From Candidatus Moanibacter sp. (lineage in GTDB: Bacteria > Verrucomicrobiota > Verrucomicrobiia > Opitutales > UBA2987): DNA of 49,928 nt. Shown here one piece after another: positions 29,488 to 40,470 of this stretch. Under the pieces are notes generated by a model. It did no database searches. It worked only from the letters and a program-made list of their open reading frames with translations, and was not told the origin of the DNA. The first letter of the stretch is position 1, and every line of letters begins with the position of its first letter. The DNA is taken from positions 1-49,928 of the forward strand of contig CBDCEW010000068.1 in the NCBI GenBank assembly GCA_965215885.1, read 5' to 3'. A program made the translations under genes and the position numbers.

Positions 29488-29930
29488 TAGATAGGCCCGT
29501 TTCGTCGCTACAATTGATTGAAGAAGAGTAAACCCGTCTCGGCCTTCGAGGTGGATGAGCCCTGTCCCGCGAGAATGATAGAAAGCCAGATTCGGTATAA
29601 GCTTCTGTTCCTCTTTATTTAGATAATCTCGCTCCTTTTCGCGCAGAAGATTGGTGAGTTTGCCTGTAATTGCCTCTCTCACGGCGTCAGGATTTAGGAT
29701 GCGGGCACGATGTACAGTACAACTCGATGCGCCCGCGCGCATCGATTCGCAGAAGGTAGACTAATTTGAACGGAACGGTTCGTGCCGGCATGAAAAATCA
29801 ACCTCAATAGTGGAAGTATAGACTTAAGGCCTCTCAATCAAGTGCCGAGGCGGGAAAGGGCGGTCGAGCTACACCCACGGTATTTTGATTCTCGGAGCAT
29901 TAGGTGATGATATTGATGGCCTTATGTAAG

Positions 29931-30016
29931 GTAAAGATCCTCGGGGCAAGCCCCGAGGCATTTGATATTAGACTTTATGAATTAGAAACGAAGCAAGCTT
30001 CGGGGAATTAAACCCG
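29931..30016. repeat. Short element with twin GC-AA-GC hairpins (IS200/IS605-end-like palindromic element)
   Basis: CCTCGGGGC AA GCCCCGAGG (29939..29958) and CGAAGC AA GCTTCG (29989..30002) followed by GGGAATTAAACCC. Confidence 0.5.
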
Positions 30017-30489
30017 AAGCGATTAAAGACGAAATCATCACAGAGTGCGGGAGTGGATTCAGCGCCCATGGAAGACTTGAGGCTGAGAACCAGTTGCCTG
30101 CATGCAGCAAGAATTCTGGCTGCGTTATGATTACGGATCATACATCGATCTTCATCGAAGAAGCGATCCCTGGGGTAATGATTTTTATTTTCGATCGAGC
30201 AATGGTTGCGAATTTTCGAGAGGAACTGTTGAGGGCTCAAATCGGCGGGATCGAGACTGCTTACGTAGTAAGAGCGTTCAGAGGAAGGTTCAGCTTTGTT
30301 TGGATAATGGAAGGTGCGTTGCACACAGGCGAACTGGCGGGCATGGGGCAGGCCGGCAGAGGGAGCGCTTAGAGAATGGGTTGCTATTTGACGTATTTCG
30401 AGTCGCCCATGGTCATTGTCCACGGTTTGGTGGAGAAAAAGGGGGTGGAGCTGAAGAGATTCTGAGCGTATTGATGCATGTTGGGCTGA

Positions 30490-31812
30490 CAGTACTGTCC
30501 GGTTATAAGTCAAACAACTCCAACTGTTTAGGAATGCGGTGTTCATTGAAAGTGTAATCGGTTTCTGTAAGTAGTTCAGTCATAGGAGTTTTCTCAAATA
30601 GGGTGAAGCTGAGAATCTGTAGGATTTTGTGCAAACTGATCTCCAGGCGAAGGCGTTTGCGGATGATGGCGATGAGCACATAGACGCTGACGGCAATCCA
30701 GATTTGAGTCTTCACAGCATTCTCGGAGGTGCCGAAAAAGCTCTTGATGCGCAAGTGCTGTTTGATCCATTTGAAGAACAATTCGATCTGCCAGCGTAAA
30801 CGGTAAATCTGGGTGATGATTATGGCTGGGAGGGCAAACTGGTTGGTGAGAAACACGAAGCGCTCGGAACTGTCGGGGTCGAGGTAAGTGATACGCCGGA
30901 GTCTTTCGGGGTAGGCCTTGGCAGGATAGAAGCTGACCAGGGCAACGGTCTGGTCCGAACGCAGACCGGTTGATTTGTCGACCTTTTGAGAGTAGAGGCG
31001 GCGAAACTGAAAGCCGCGGCGGGCGCGTGTGACGAAGAAAGAACCGCATTGTGCGATCCGATAGAGGCGCTCGTAATGCAGATAGGCTCGGTCCATTACA
31101 TAGTAAGCACCGGCCTCGGGGATGATGAGATCCAGAATGTTTACGTCGTGAACTTTTCCATCGGTAATCTCGATAAAATAAGGGATAGAGCCTCTGAGAT
31201 CGAGAAGCGTATGGACCTTCACCGCCCCCTTGTGCTTGCGGAAACGTGCCCACGGGAAGAGTGATAGACATAGATCGATCGTGGTGGAGTCCAGAGCGTA
31301 GAGCGTATTGTCCAGGTCGATGCCCAGATCCTCGTTTGAATACAAAGGACGAGCCATTGCGATGAGGACCTGTGCAAAGTCGGCGTAGATGCGCCAGTCT
31401 CGTTTCTCGTTGGCATCGGCGAGCGTGCTTTTGGATACTCCGCTTCGAAGCCCTGCGTGGTATAGTTTTGGTTGTACTGCCTATTTCAGGCAGGTTTCGG
31501 TGTCGCGCAGACTCTCCCGGTAGGTCAACTCGGCAAAACCCATGCAGAGAAATTGTTCGAAGCAACTGAACTTTTGAACTTTGTAGTCGCCTCCGTAGCG
31601 TTGGACGCAACGATGGAACTGATGGCGCGGAAGCCTAATCTATGATTTGAGAAAAAACGAATCGACCTGTATACATGATTTGGACCCTCGAAATTTTTCA
31701 GAGTCCACAAGGCTTTTTGCAATTTCAAGTCGAAAACAGCAGAAATCATATGTAAAATGTTGGTTATCAATCGATTAACCTGCGTTCCTAGAAAAACAAC
31801 CGGACAGTAGTG
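30490..31812 (-). mobile_element. IS4-family element copy A (transposase ~30503..31676, frameshifted)
   Basis: TIRs CAGTACTGTCCGGTT / AACCGGACAGTAGTG. 9-bp TSD TTGGGCTGA (30481..30489, 31813..31821). DSTTI, MDRAY and YRLRWQIELFFK (YREK) motifs. Confidence 0.95.
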
Positions 31813-32397
31813 TTGGGCTGATTGTCTTTAATTTGAATAACATAGTCAGCACTGAGTTCTTCGACGACGATGTGGGCAGTTTCTTTTTGATTATGCATGG
31901 CGTCGAAGGTGAAGGTGGAGCCGTCCAAAATGGGCATCTTTCGCAAGAGAGTCTGGGCGGCGGTGATCTCGTTGGATTTATCGGCGGTAGCGACTTGGGC
32001 TAAGGTTTGAGCGCTTTGGTGATCGACTGCGGCCACCAGGTGCAGAGCCTTTGATTCTTCGGTGTTTGTGCCTTAAGGAGGATCTTGCCGTCGACGGCAA
32101 TATCGCGGGGCAAACAGCCGTCTTGTAAGCAGATGAATTCGGTGAGGGTTTTATCGAAGAGCTCGGCCTTTACGTTTTGCAAGACCGAAGATAGAAGACA
32201 TCATAGCAAGGGGCCTTATAGCGGCCTGTTTTGGGGTTTTCCAGGAGCGTAAGGCGCGCAATTGGGCTTGATTGAGATGATGGGCCAGGCGCACGATGCC
32301 CTTGAGGGTCTGTTTGCCGCACATCGTGCCGAGCACAATCATGCTCAGGACCGTGGCGAGCCGATATCTAAGGCCCGCTTTACGACGGAAGTCTTCT

Positions 32398-33715
32398 CAG
32401 TACTGTCCGGTTATAAGTCAAACAACTCCAACTGTTTAGGAATGCGGTGTTCATTGAAAGTGTAATCGGTTTCTGTAAGTAGTTCAGTCATAGGAGTTTT
32501 CTCAAATAGGGTGAAGCTGAGAATCTGTAGGATTTTGTGCAAACTGATCTCCAGGCGAAGGCGTTTGCGGATGATGGCGATGAGCACATAGACGCTGACG
32601 GCAATCCAGATTTGAGTCTTCACAGCATTCTCGGAAGGTGCCGAAAAGCTCTTGATGCGCAAGTGCTGTTTGATCCATTTGAAGAACAATTCGATCTGCC
32701 AGCGTAAACGGTAAATCTGGGTGATGATTATGGCTGGGAGGGCAAACTGGTTGGTGAGAAACACGAAGCGCTCGGAACTGTCGGGGTCGAGGTAAGTGAT
32801 ACGCCGGAGTCTTTCGGGGTAGGCCTTGGCAGGATAGAAGCTGACCAGGGCAACGGTCTGGTCCGAACGCAGACCGGTTGATTTGTCGACCTTTTGAGAG
32901 TAGAGGCGGCGAAACTGAAAGCCGCGGCGGGCGCGTGTGACGAAGAAAGAACCGCATTGTGCGATCCGATAGAGGCGCTCGTAATGCAGATAGGCTCGGT
33001 CCATTACATAGTAAGCACCGGCCTCGGGGATGATGAGATCCAGAATGTTTACGCGTGAACTTTTCCATCGGTAATCTCGATAAAATAAGGGATAGAGCCT
33101 CTGAGATCGAGAAGCGTATGGACCTTCACCGCCCCCTTGTGCTTGCGGAAACGTGCCCACGGGAAGAGTGATAGACATAGATCGATCGTGGTGGAGTCCA
33201 GAGCGTAGAGCGTATTGTCCAGGTCGATGCCCAGATCCTCGTTTGAATACAAAGGACGAGCCATTGCGATGAGGACCTGTGCAAAGTCGGCGTAGATGCG
33301 CCAGTCTCGTTTCTCGTTGGCATCGGCGAGCGTGCTTTTGGATACTCCGCTTCGAATCCCTGCGTGGTATAGTTTTGGTTGTACTGCCCGCAGGCAGGTT
33401 TCGATGTCGCGCAGACTCTCCCGGTAGGTCAACTCGGCAAAACCCATGCAGAGAAATTGTTCGAAGCAACTGAACTTTTGAACTTTGTAGTCGCCTCCGT
33501 AGCGTTGGACGCAACGATGGAACTGATGGCGCGGAAGATAATCTATGATTTGAGAAAAAACGAATCGACCTGTATACATGATTTGGACCCTCGAAATTTT
33601 TGAGAGTCCACAAGGCTTTTTGCAATTTCAAGTCGAAAACAGCAGAAATCATATGTAAAATGTTGGTTATCAATCGATTAACCTGCGTTCCTAGAAAAAC
33701 AACCGGACAGTAGTG
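32398..33715 (-). mobile_element. IS4-family element copy B (transposase 32411..33579, frameshift near 33054)
   Basis: Same TIRs as copy A. 9-bp TSD AAGTCTTCT (32389..32397, 33716..33724). Near-identical to copy A. Confidence 0.95.
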
Positions 33716-34634
33716 AAGTCTTCTATCTGATTGAAGCGTTCCCACAGGCTGCTCATCTGTTCCACTTTGAGGCAGACCGCATGGGAGTTATCGGTTTCAT
33801 TGAGCGCCTGGCTCTGTGCCGCGGGCAATGGCCTTGAAGCGCGCAAAAGCTCAAGGGCATTAGCCTTGAGGGGTTTGACCCAGATCTGCTTGGGACGCTC
33901 ATGGCGTTGATAGAAATCTTCGCGTTGGCGGCCATATCCCGCGCTCAAGCCCAAGGGCGTCCACCCGCTCGCTTCGTAGCAAGTGCCCCGGTGAATCTGT
34001 GGGTCCACGAACGTTTCCGCTACTAAGGGACGATAGCCAAAAGCCTCCTGCCAGTGATCGGCTAAGACTCTCAGGCACATACCCAACGTCTTGGAGGCCA
34101 AATTTGCAAGATCCACCCAGGGCAAAATCAGAAAACGCCGGTTCTGTACTACCAGTTTCAATCGTGCATGCCGTTGCGCCCCGTCCCACCCGATCCATTC
34201 GTCTCGATCCTTCAGCCGGTAGGATGCGGCCCCCCACAAGAGCAGGCCCATCCATTGCCCGTCGATCTGCGCCACATAGCGCAGGGTCTCTCCTGCGCTG
34301 CCCGCACTGTGTAAATAATGATGTTGTTTCAATAGATCATTGAATCGCTCCTGCTCTTCGGGCAGGACCAGACGCAGAGTTAAACGATCTATCGAAGGAT
34401 TCAGTTGGTAAGATTTTTTGTCTTTCATCCCATCTTAACATGACTGATTCCCTCGGGTTTGTTTAGCTCTTTTTTTATCTTCTTGCTTATCAGCTAGTTG
34501 CTTCCTGGAATCCTTTTACCCTACAGTGACCGTCGAGTTCAACAGTCTTCTCTTGCCGAAAGGCGTTGATTAGTACATCGGTTCTGTTTTGCAGCGATCA
34601 GATCTTCAATGAATCCCACGCTCGGTCTCGAAAC

Positions 34635-35817
34635 GTGAGAATACGATACGGAATACTCTCTGCTTGTGTGGGATTCATACTGCCTTTGCTGGCTTTCTCT
34701 CTAGTCTGCAATGCCCAGCCGGATCGCGTCGTCGTGGGCCCAAAGCCGCAAAAAGTGAAGGATACCTACATCGAGGAACCGGAAGGAATTGAGGTTGAGG
34801 TCTGGGTCGAATATCTGCATGTCCCCTGGTCATTGCGGTTTCTTCCAAATGGCGACGCCCTCATCGCGGAACGGCGTGAGCCGAATCCTGCGGATTCCAC
34901 ACGGAAGCAACAGACCGAGCGATTATCTCGAACTCGAAGTCAACGAATTCGGCGACGGTGGACTCATGGGTCTCGCAATCCATCCGAATTTTGCCCACGA
35001 GCCGTTTATTTATGCGATGCATGGATACGGGACGGACCGCGAGAGTCGCAAGAATCGTGTCTCGCGTTTTCGGGATCTAGGAGAAACGGCCGAATTCGAT
35101 CGGGTGATCATTGATGAGATTCCGGGGTTCAGATATCACGAGGGCGGGCGCATTGCTTTTGGGCCCGACGGGTTGCTCTACATCGGTACAGGAGATGTGG
35201 GGGAACCGATGCTTGCCCAGGATCTTAATTCCCTGGCGGCCAAGATCCTCCGCCTGACCCCGGAGGGCGGCGTGCCAGAGGACAACCCATTCCCCAACAG
35301 TCCGGTTTATTCCTACGGCCATCGCGTTGTTCAGGGCATTACCTGGGACCCCGAAACCGGGAAGATGTTTAACTCCGAACACGGTCCCTCAGGCATGGAA
35401 AAGGAACTCCATGTCCGCGACAGCGACGAAATCAACCGAGTGGAAAAGGGGCGGAACTACGGTTGGCCGATGGCGATAAACGCTCCCAATCTTGAGGAAT
35501 ACGAAGACCCGATAGCGTCATGGCCAAAGCAATCGGTCCCACCAGGGGGTATGACTTTTTTCAGAGGCGACCTCTATGTGGCTACCCTGGCCAGCCAGGC
35601 GCTCCTGCGCATTCGGTTCGAACCGGGGGAGAAACGATACACGGTAAAATCAATTGAACGCCTGTTTGCGACCGAACCTAAAAAGGGAACTTACGGTCGC
35701 CTCCGCGATGTCACGGTCGGGCCGGACGGGCATCTTTATGTTACCACGAGCAACACCGACCGGCGGGCGAAGCTGCGCCCTCGAGACGACAAGATTCTGC
35801 GGCTGAAGTTCGAGTAG
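34635..35817 (+). CDS. PQQ-dependent sugar dehydrogenase (YliI/Asd, glucose/sorbosone dehydrogenase family), frameshift near 34873
   Basis: Signal-like N-terminus, LHVPWSLRFLPNG, GGLMGLAIHPNF, HEGGRIAFGPDG, YSYGHR, EHGP, NYGWP, GRLRDVTVGPDG. Confidence 0.9.
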
Positions 35818-35885
35818 GAATCTGTCGGACTTAGCTTTCGCAGTTCACGGATATAAGCCGCTTCCTTGCTGCGATCGTAACCTAG

Positions 35886-37732
35886 GCCTAAAATAAGCGC
35901 GTTTAAAGGTTGAACAGGAAACTTCGTTATTCCTAACGTTATTTGCCATGCTGGCGGTAGTTTTGCCGCCGCCACCCTTGGGCTGGTTTCATGTTTTGCT
36001 TTTTTTGAGTCATATCCGTTCTGTTTTAACGTTAGTTCTGTCCCCTTTTTGGGATACGCCGACAGTCCTTCCGTTGTGGCTGTGCGTTCGCGGTTACTTG
36101 ATCTGCTACCCAGGCGACATAGATCGGAATCGCTCCCAGGTGCTGATAAAATCTCCCATCCACTCGTTCCAGCTTAAAAGCCGATAAACAATTCGGCGCC
36201 CGCTTCGGATGATTTGCGCGGGGAGCAAGATGATGGCGTGAAGGAAGCGCCGAAACTCCATCTTCACGATCTCCAACCCCCGCTGGCGGTTGGGCATGAG
36301 TAATCCATACCACGCCTTCAGGTTCCAGGCCAATGCTGTCATTACCATATAGGCCCAATTGCTCAAAAGATCATCCACGGGCATACGCATCGCATTAACC
36401 CCGTTTTTGAGTTGCTCAATAACGTTCTCCTGATCGCAGCGTTGATTCGCAAAGGCGACCACCTGCTCCTTAGTCAGGTCCCTACGATTTGTGATATAAA
36501 AAAAGTAGCGGATCTCATCAAAGAGCACTACTTCGCCCTTTTGCACACTGATGTTCTTACGCACCACCACCATCCGATAGGTCTTTTTGCACTTGTTGGG
36601 CCGATAGTCCAACTCGGCCACACTTTCTGCCTCCAGCACCTTGTTTTCAAAACCCTTCTGGTGCACGATCCCTTCCTTCACTCGCGGCGCTTTAGCTCTC
36701 GATTCGGTCGCTATTTCATGCTTGGGCAACCGCTCCAGTTCGCTCCAGGCCGTCTCTCTGAACTCCTCGGCCAGTCCCACCACTTTGGGATGCGCATCCA
36801 TTCCGAAGATAAATCCCGTTCCTTCTTCATCCCACCGATCGAAGTTTTCTGTCAACGAAAAGTCCGTATCCCCTCGCAAGCAGATTTTCCCCGCATGCGC
36901 ACGCACAAGTTCCACCGCCCGATCAATCCACTTTACGCATCCCTCATGGCTAGTCTCATTGCCCGGTCGATTCACCATGTAGAGCACTTCCCTGGTATTT
37001 GCCAAACTCACGATCAGCGGTGCATAGCCCCAGATCCCCTTATAGCTTATTCCCATACCCCCTTTGCACTTCCCTCTCGTCTGCGCTATCGTCCCGTCCA
37101 CATCGATGAACGCCTCCTCCATGAATCCTTTTGCCTGCTTGTTCCACACCCCTTGCCGTATCCGGTTGATCCCTTCCATCAATTTTTCGATCGCGCCTTC
37201 ATCAAAGCGTCGGGTGAAGTCTCCACTGGTCGTCGGATCCGGTATCCTCTGCGCTCCTAAGGCATTCAGAAAAACCTCGTCCTTGCGGCGCAATTCGATG
37301 TCTTCGAGCCGGATCCCTCCCAATAATGCGTTGTAGGCTATGTTGAGCACATGATCACTCTCATGATACGGCAGGTGGCGCTTGAGCAACTGCACGCTCT
37401 GGTCGAGCTCTTCCACCAACCCCAGTCTCTTCACCATCAGGTGAATCGCTCCTATCCCTCCACAACTCACCCCTTTGCCTCGTTCGGCCGTCTCGTAGTG
37501 GATGTTGCTCGCTTTGAACATCGGTTTGGCCTGTTCAGGCCAGCCCCGATTTCTAAGCCGATGCTTTATTCTTCTCTTGCTATTGTGGAGGTTCTTGCGG
37601 TATCTTCTTTTCACTCGAAACGTCCTTTTTTTCTGGGTGGTTTTTTTGGTCGATTAACAGTTTTCCCAGTATCTAAGCGCGTTTCGAGCTTTTTATTGCG
37701 TTAGGTATATTCCAATCACACTTGTTCGAGGC
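35886..37732 (-). mobile_element. IS1380-family element
   Basis: Imperfect TIRs GCCTAAATAAGCG / CACTTGTTCGAGGC flanked by CTAG on both sides (35882..35885, 37733..37736). Confidence 0.8.
36106..37614 (-). CDS. IS1380-family transposase
   Basis: PYHESDHVLN, IPDPTTSGDF, IDVDGT, GYAPL, LRGDTDF, RCDQENVIEQLK, LAWNL. Confidence 0.92.
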   Translation of the reverse strand: MKRRYRKNLHNSKRRIKHRLRNRGWPEQAKPMFKASNIHYETAERGKGVSCGGIGAIHLMVKRLGLVEELDQSVQLLKRHLPYHESDHVLNIAYNALLGGIRLEDIELRRKDEVFLNALGAQRIPDPTTSGDFTRRFDEGAIEKLMEGINRIRQGVWNKQAKGFMEEAFIDVDGTIAQTRGKCKGGMGISYKGIWGYAPLIVSLANTREVLYMVNRPGNETSHEGCVKWIDRAVELVRAHAGKICLRGDTDFSLTENFDRWDEEGTGFIFGMDAHPKVVGLAEEFRETAWSELERLPKHEIATESRAKAPRVKEGIVHQKGFENKVLEAESVAELDYRPNKCKKTYRMVVVRKNISVQKGEVVLFDEIRYFFYITNRRDLTKEQVVAFANQRCDQENVIEQLKNGVNAMRMPVDDLLSNWAYMVMTALAWNLKAWYGLLMPNRQRGLEIVKMEFRRFLHAIILLPAQIIRSGRRIVYRLLSWNEWMGDFISTWERFRSMSPG

Positions 37733-37900
37733 CTAGGGTGTATTCGACCACCGACATATTCCTAAGCGCCTCTGCCGGGATGGCAGAGCGGGGAATAAGA
37801 GAGGGGAAGATGCTGAAATGGTGGATTTGGGGTAGGGATGGAAGAGCAGGATAGTTGAAAAGGCTGAGTTTCAGAGTCGCAAATGAACAGGGCTGCTGAC

Positions 37901-37924
37901 CGAAATGCTCCCGCATTCCGCTAC
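37901..37924. repeat. REP-like 24-mer, exact direct copy at 42213..42236
   Basis: CGAAATGCTCCCGCATTCCGCTAC. The reverse strand reads GTAG + imperfect hairpin. Confidence 0.75.
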
Positions 37925-38553
37925 TTACTATATTGATGTACTGCGACCTGAATGTTCCGCTAAGATAAAGGCCATTAACGAGCCCGAAAGTGCAGTAGCG
38001 CGCTGCTTTAGCCCGCATCGATCTGAAAGCTCGGGCTAAAGTCTCCGAGCTACGAATCGCTTAACTTGCCCGACAACTTGTGACCCCTGATTCTCACGTT
38101 GCGCGTCCCACTAACTCTTCCTTACCATAGGACTTCACTCTCTGATGAAAGCTCCACTCAATTCGCTTCAATGATAAGGCGGGGACCATTCGGGACGTTG
38201 TAACGGCCTGAAGTTGTGCTGTTGTGGTGTCCCAACCAGAAGCGACTTTGTCGCCAGGCCGACCACAGAGGCTTGGATCTCAGGTGCGTAGATACTCTCA
38301 AGAGTGCCCTTTTCGAAACTGTATCGATTCTTTTCCTCGTTAGTCTCTGTATCGATAAAGACGATTTCCTTCCTGCTATGTGCCGTAACAAACCTTCTGT
38401 TTGTGGTTCTGAGGATCATCCTAGGCAAACCCTTGAGTGGAACATACTTGATGAGGTTGACGCTGGAAGTCTCAATGATCGTGATGTCGTTGCTTTGTCG
38501 ATTCAATGCGATAAAGAAATCTCTCACCCGGATCTGAAGTAGGGAGCTATTTA

Positions 38554-40470
38554 GACCCCATTCGAAAAGCCTTTCGAGCGGGCGGTTTAAGGTTCTCCGC
38601 CACGGGCGGACCAGCCTATGGCTGGCAGGTTTCGGGTTTTAGGCTGCCGGCGCTGCCGATGAGCAGGTATTGAGCGGCCATCGGCGTGGCTTGCTGCACA
38701 ATACGTATATTTGCCGCTGTCTGGAGGCATACTCATCCCGTGGTGCTTTTTTCTCTGAGCTTCAAAGCGGTCAGATTCAGGCTGCCTGTTCCAGTTCCTC
38801 CCCTCGGCGTTTCTTCATCAGTATGATGCGGCAGAAGTTGTAGGCCAGAACCTTCTCGAGCAGTTCATCGCCTACCGCATCGATGCCGCGGCGGCCGAGT
38901 TCGCCAAAGGCAAATCCATCTTTAATCGTGAACATCAGCGACTCCACTGCGGAGCGATCGCGGCGTGCCTCGCGATACGCCTCGCTCTCCCAGTCCTCGG
39001 GGGTGGTCAACTTCTTGCCCTTCGCCCCACTGATACTGATCTGCTTTACCCCCATGCTCAGCACCTCCTTGCGTCCCTTCGCCGAAGCATATCCGTCATC
39101 GGTGCTGACCAGTTCAGCAATGACACCGGTGCGCTTGATCGAATCGCCGATGGCCGGCGCCAGCTCAATGGAGTCTGCCGCGTTGCCTTGCGGTACGATC
39201 AGGCTGGTGACAAAACCGTTTTCGCTGCGAACCAGTTGTGGCTTGTACCCGATCACTGGATTGCGGCTGCCCTTCTTGATGTAGGCCGCCGATCCGTCCG
39301 AGAGGCTCAGGACCTTCTGTGTGGACGGTAGCTTCTTTTCGTGAAACACCCGATCATGAGCATACTCAACAACCCGCTTGGCGTCGGCAATATCGCCCCT
39401 GATCTGGCTCAATGCCCGCTCCAGAAGCTCCCGGCGAGTGGGAGGCAGTGAATCCATCGACAGGCCCTCTTCAAGATGGCTCAGTTCCCCCGTTAGTGAG
39501 TCGGCCGCCTTGCGGCCCCGCTTGAGCAACCGCCGGTAGTGTTTCTTCAGCTTGCCCTTCGACTTCGGTTTGCCCGCGGCCAGACAAATCTGAAACTCCA
39601 GCTTGTCCATTTCCTCCAGCCAACGCCCAACCCATCCCTTGCGAAAATCCTCCAGCCCGAAGACATGCAACTTCTGACCCAAACGATTGGCCCGCATCAA
39701 AAGACCGCTCAGAATCTTCCCATCGGTGGGCCAGCAGCTGTTTGCTTTCACCGAGGTGCTGTCGATCGTCAGCTTCCCGAAATCGTCCCATTGCTCCTGG
39801 AGGATAAACCCAATCTGTTTATCAAAGATCAACTCGCGGGTCGTATGGCTGACCAGGTTCACGTTCTCCAGAATCGTCGTCACCGCCGGCATTCTCAGTC
39901 CCCCGCTCTGCAAAAATCCGTACAAGCTCATCGACTCGCGCACAAACCGCCGTGCCGGTTTCGTGGTCAACGAACCCAGAAACCCTCGAATCATCACGAA
40001 CACGTATACCGCATAAGCCGGCATCCGCGGCCGGCCTGCCCCAAGATTCAATTCAGCAGCCAGAATATTCTCCTCCTCGATGTCCAGCTCCGGCAGCTCC
40101 GCTGTGCGCCCTTCAAAGAACCTTCGATCTTCCAATCGAAGTTTCTTCTTCTCACGCGCATGGGCGTCCAGATCCTTCTCGATCGCCTCGATGATTTGCG
40201 CCGCGAACCCGGCCAATTCTTCAACTTCATCCAGAAAATCACGGAAATCCGTGTCTGGAACCGGCAGAATGAGGTTGCTAAGGGGCGTCTTATCGCTTTT
40301 GTTCTCCTCTGTCGCACATGTTGGCATGTTTAACTCCTTTCTTAATCTTAGGTTGTTAAACACTAGCATGTTGCGACACTTTTTATCAAGCCAAAAAATG
40401 ATTTTTCTCAAGTTTTTCTTGCGCCTTTTGCGCCTCTTTGCGGCCAATCAGTAGCTTTTCGGATAAGGTC
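38554..40470 (-). mobile_element. DDE insertion sequence copy 3 (1917 bp)
   Basis: Same TIRs as copy 2. TSD TATTTA at 38548..38553 and 40471..40476. Scattered substitutions versus copy 2. Confidence 0.93.
38777..40363 (-). CDS. DDE transposase (paralog of 27793..29379)
   Basis: Nearly identical protein. Start uncertain (ORF open to 40447). Confidence 0.9.
   Translation of the reverse strand: MFNNLRLRKELNMPTCATEENKSDKTPLSNLILPVPDTDFRDFLDEVEELAGFAAQIIEAIEKDLDAHAREKKKLRLEDRRFFEGRTAELPELDIEEENILAAELNLGAGRPRMPAYAVYVFVMIRGFLGSLTTKPARRFVRESMSLYGFLQSGGLRMPAVTTILENVNLVSHTTRELIFDKQIGFILQEQWDDFGKLTIDSTSVKANSCWPTDGKILSGLLMRANRLGQKLHVFGLEDFRKGWVGRWLEEMDKLEFQICLAAGKPKSKGKLKKHYRRLLKRGRKAADSLTGELSHLEEGLSMDSLPPTRRELLERALSQIRGDIADAKRVVEYAHDRVFHEKKLPSTQKVLSLSDGSAAYIKKGSRNPVIGYKPQLVRSENGFVTSLIVPQGNAADSIELAPAIGDSIKRTGVIAELVSTDDGYASAKGRKEVLSMGVKQISISGAKGKKLTTPEDWESEAYREARRDRSAVESLMFTIKDGFAFGELGRRGIDAVGDELLEKVLAYNFCRIILMKKRRGEELEQAA

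Larger units (their letters stand above)
24933..29791 (-). pseudogene. SNF2-family (SWI2/SNF2) helicase interrupted by IS
   Basis: GILADDMGLGKT, DEAQ, LTGTP, SLKAGGLGLNL, QATDRAHRIGQ in 24933..27569. Removing the IS and one TAGATA rejoins ...IVATKRAYL|KHGIWRR in frame. Probable start ATG 29791 with a further 1-bp shift near 29718. Confidence 0.88.
29968..34428 (-). pseudogene. ISAs1-family transposase with N-terminal DUF4338 domain, split by two IS4 insertions and frameshifts
   Basis: 33716..34428: HHYL, RDEWIGW, QNRRFLILPW, NLAS, ETFVD, GTCYEASGW. 31813..32397: RYRLATVL, IAVDGK, DKSNEITA, TFDAMHNQ, IKDNQP. 29968..30489: HGRLEIR, IRNHCSIENKNHYPRDRFFDED. Confidence 0.88.

Noticed and set aside
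1..29493. Inversion between inverted IS copies 1 and 2, which share target TATCTA
   Set aside because: Both flanks of copy 2 rejoin into one plausible in-frame SNF2 gene, so the shared hexamer is explained by target preference.
33716..34428. Druantia defence system
   Set aside because: The DUF4338 domain is fused to an ISAs1 transposase, and no DruB-E genes are adjacent. The nearby helicase is SNF2-type rather than DruE.
27570..40470. Composite transposon formed by IS copies 2 and 3 around the PQQ dehydrogenase
   Set aside because: Each copy has its own matched TSD and interrupts a different gene, so these are independent insertions.
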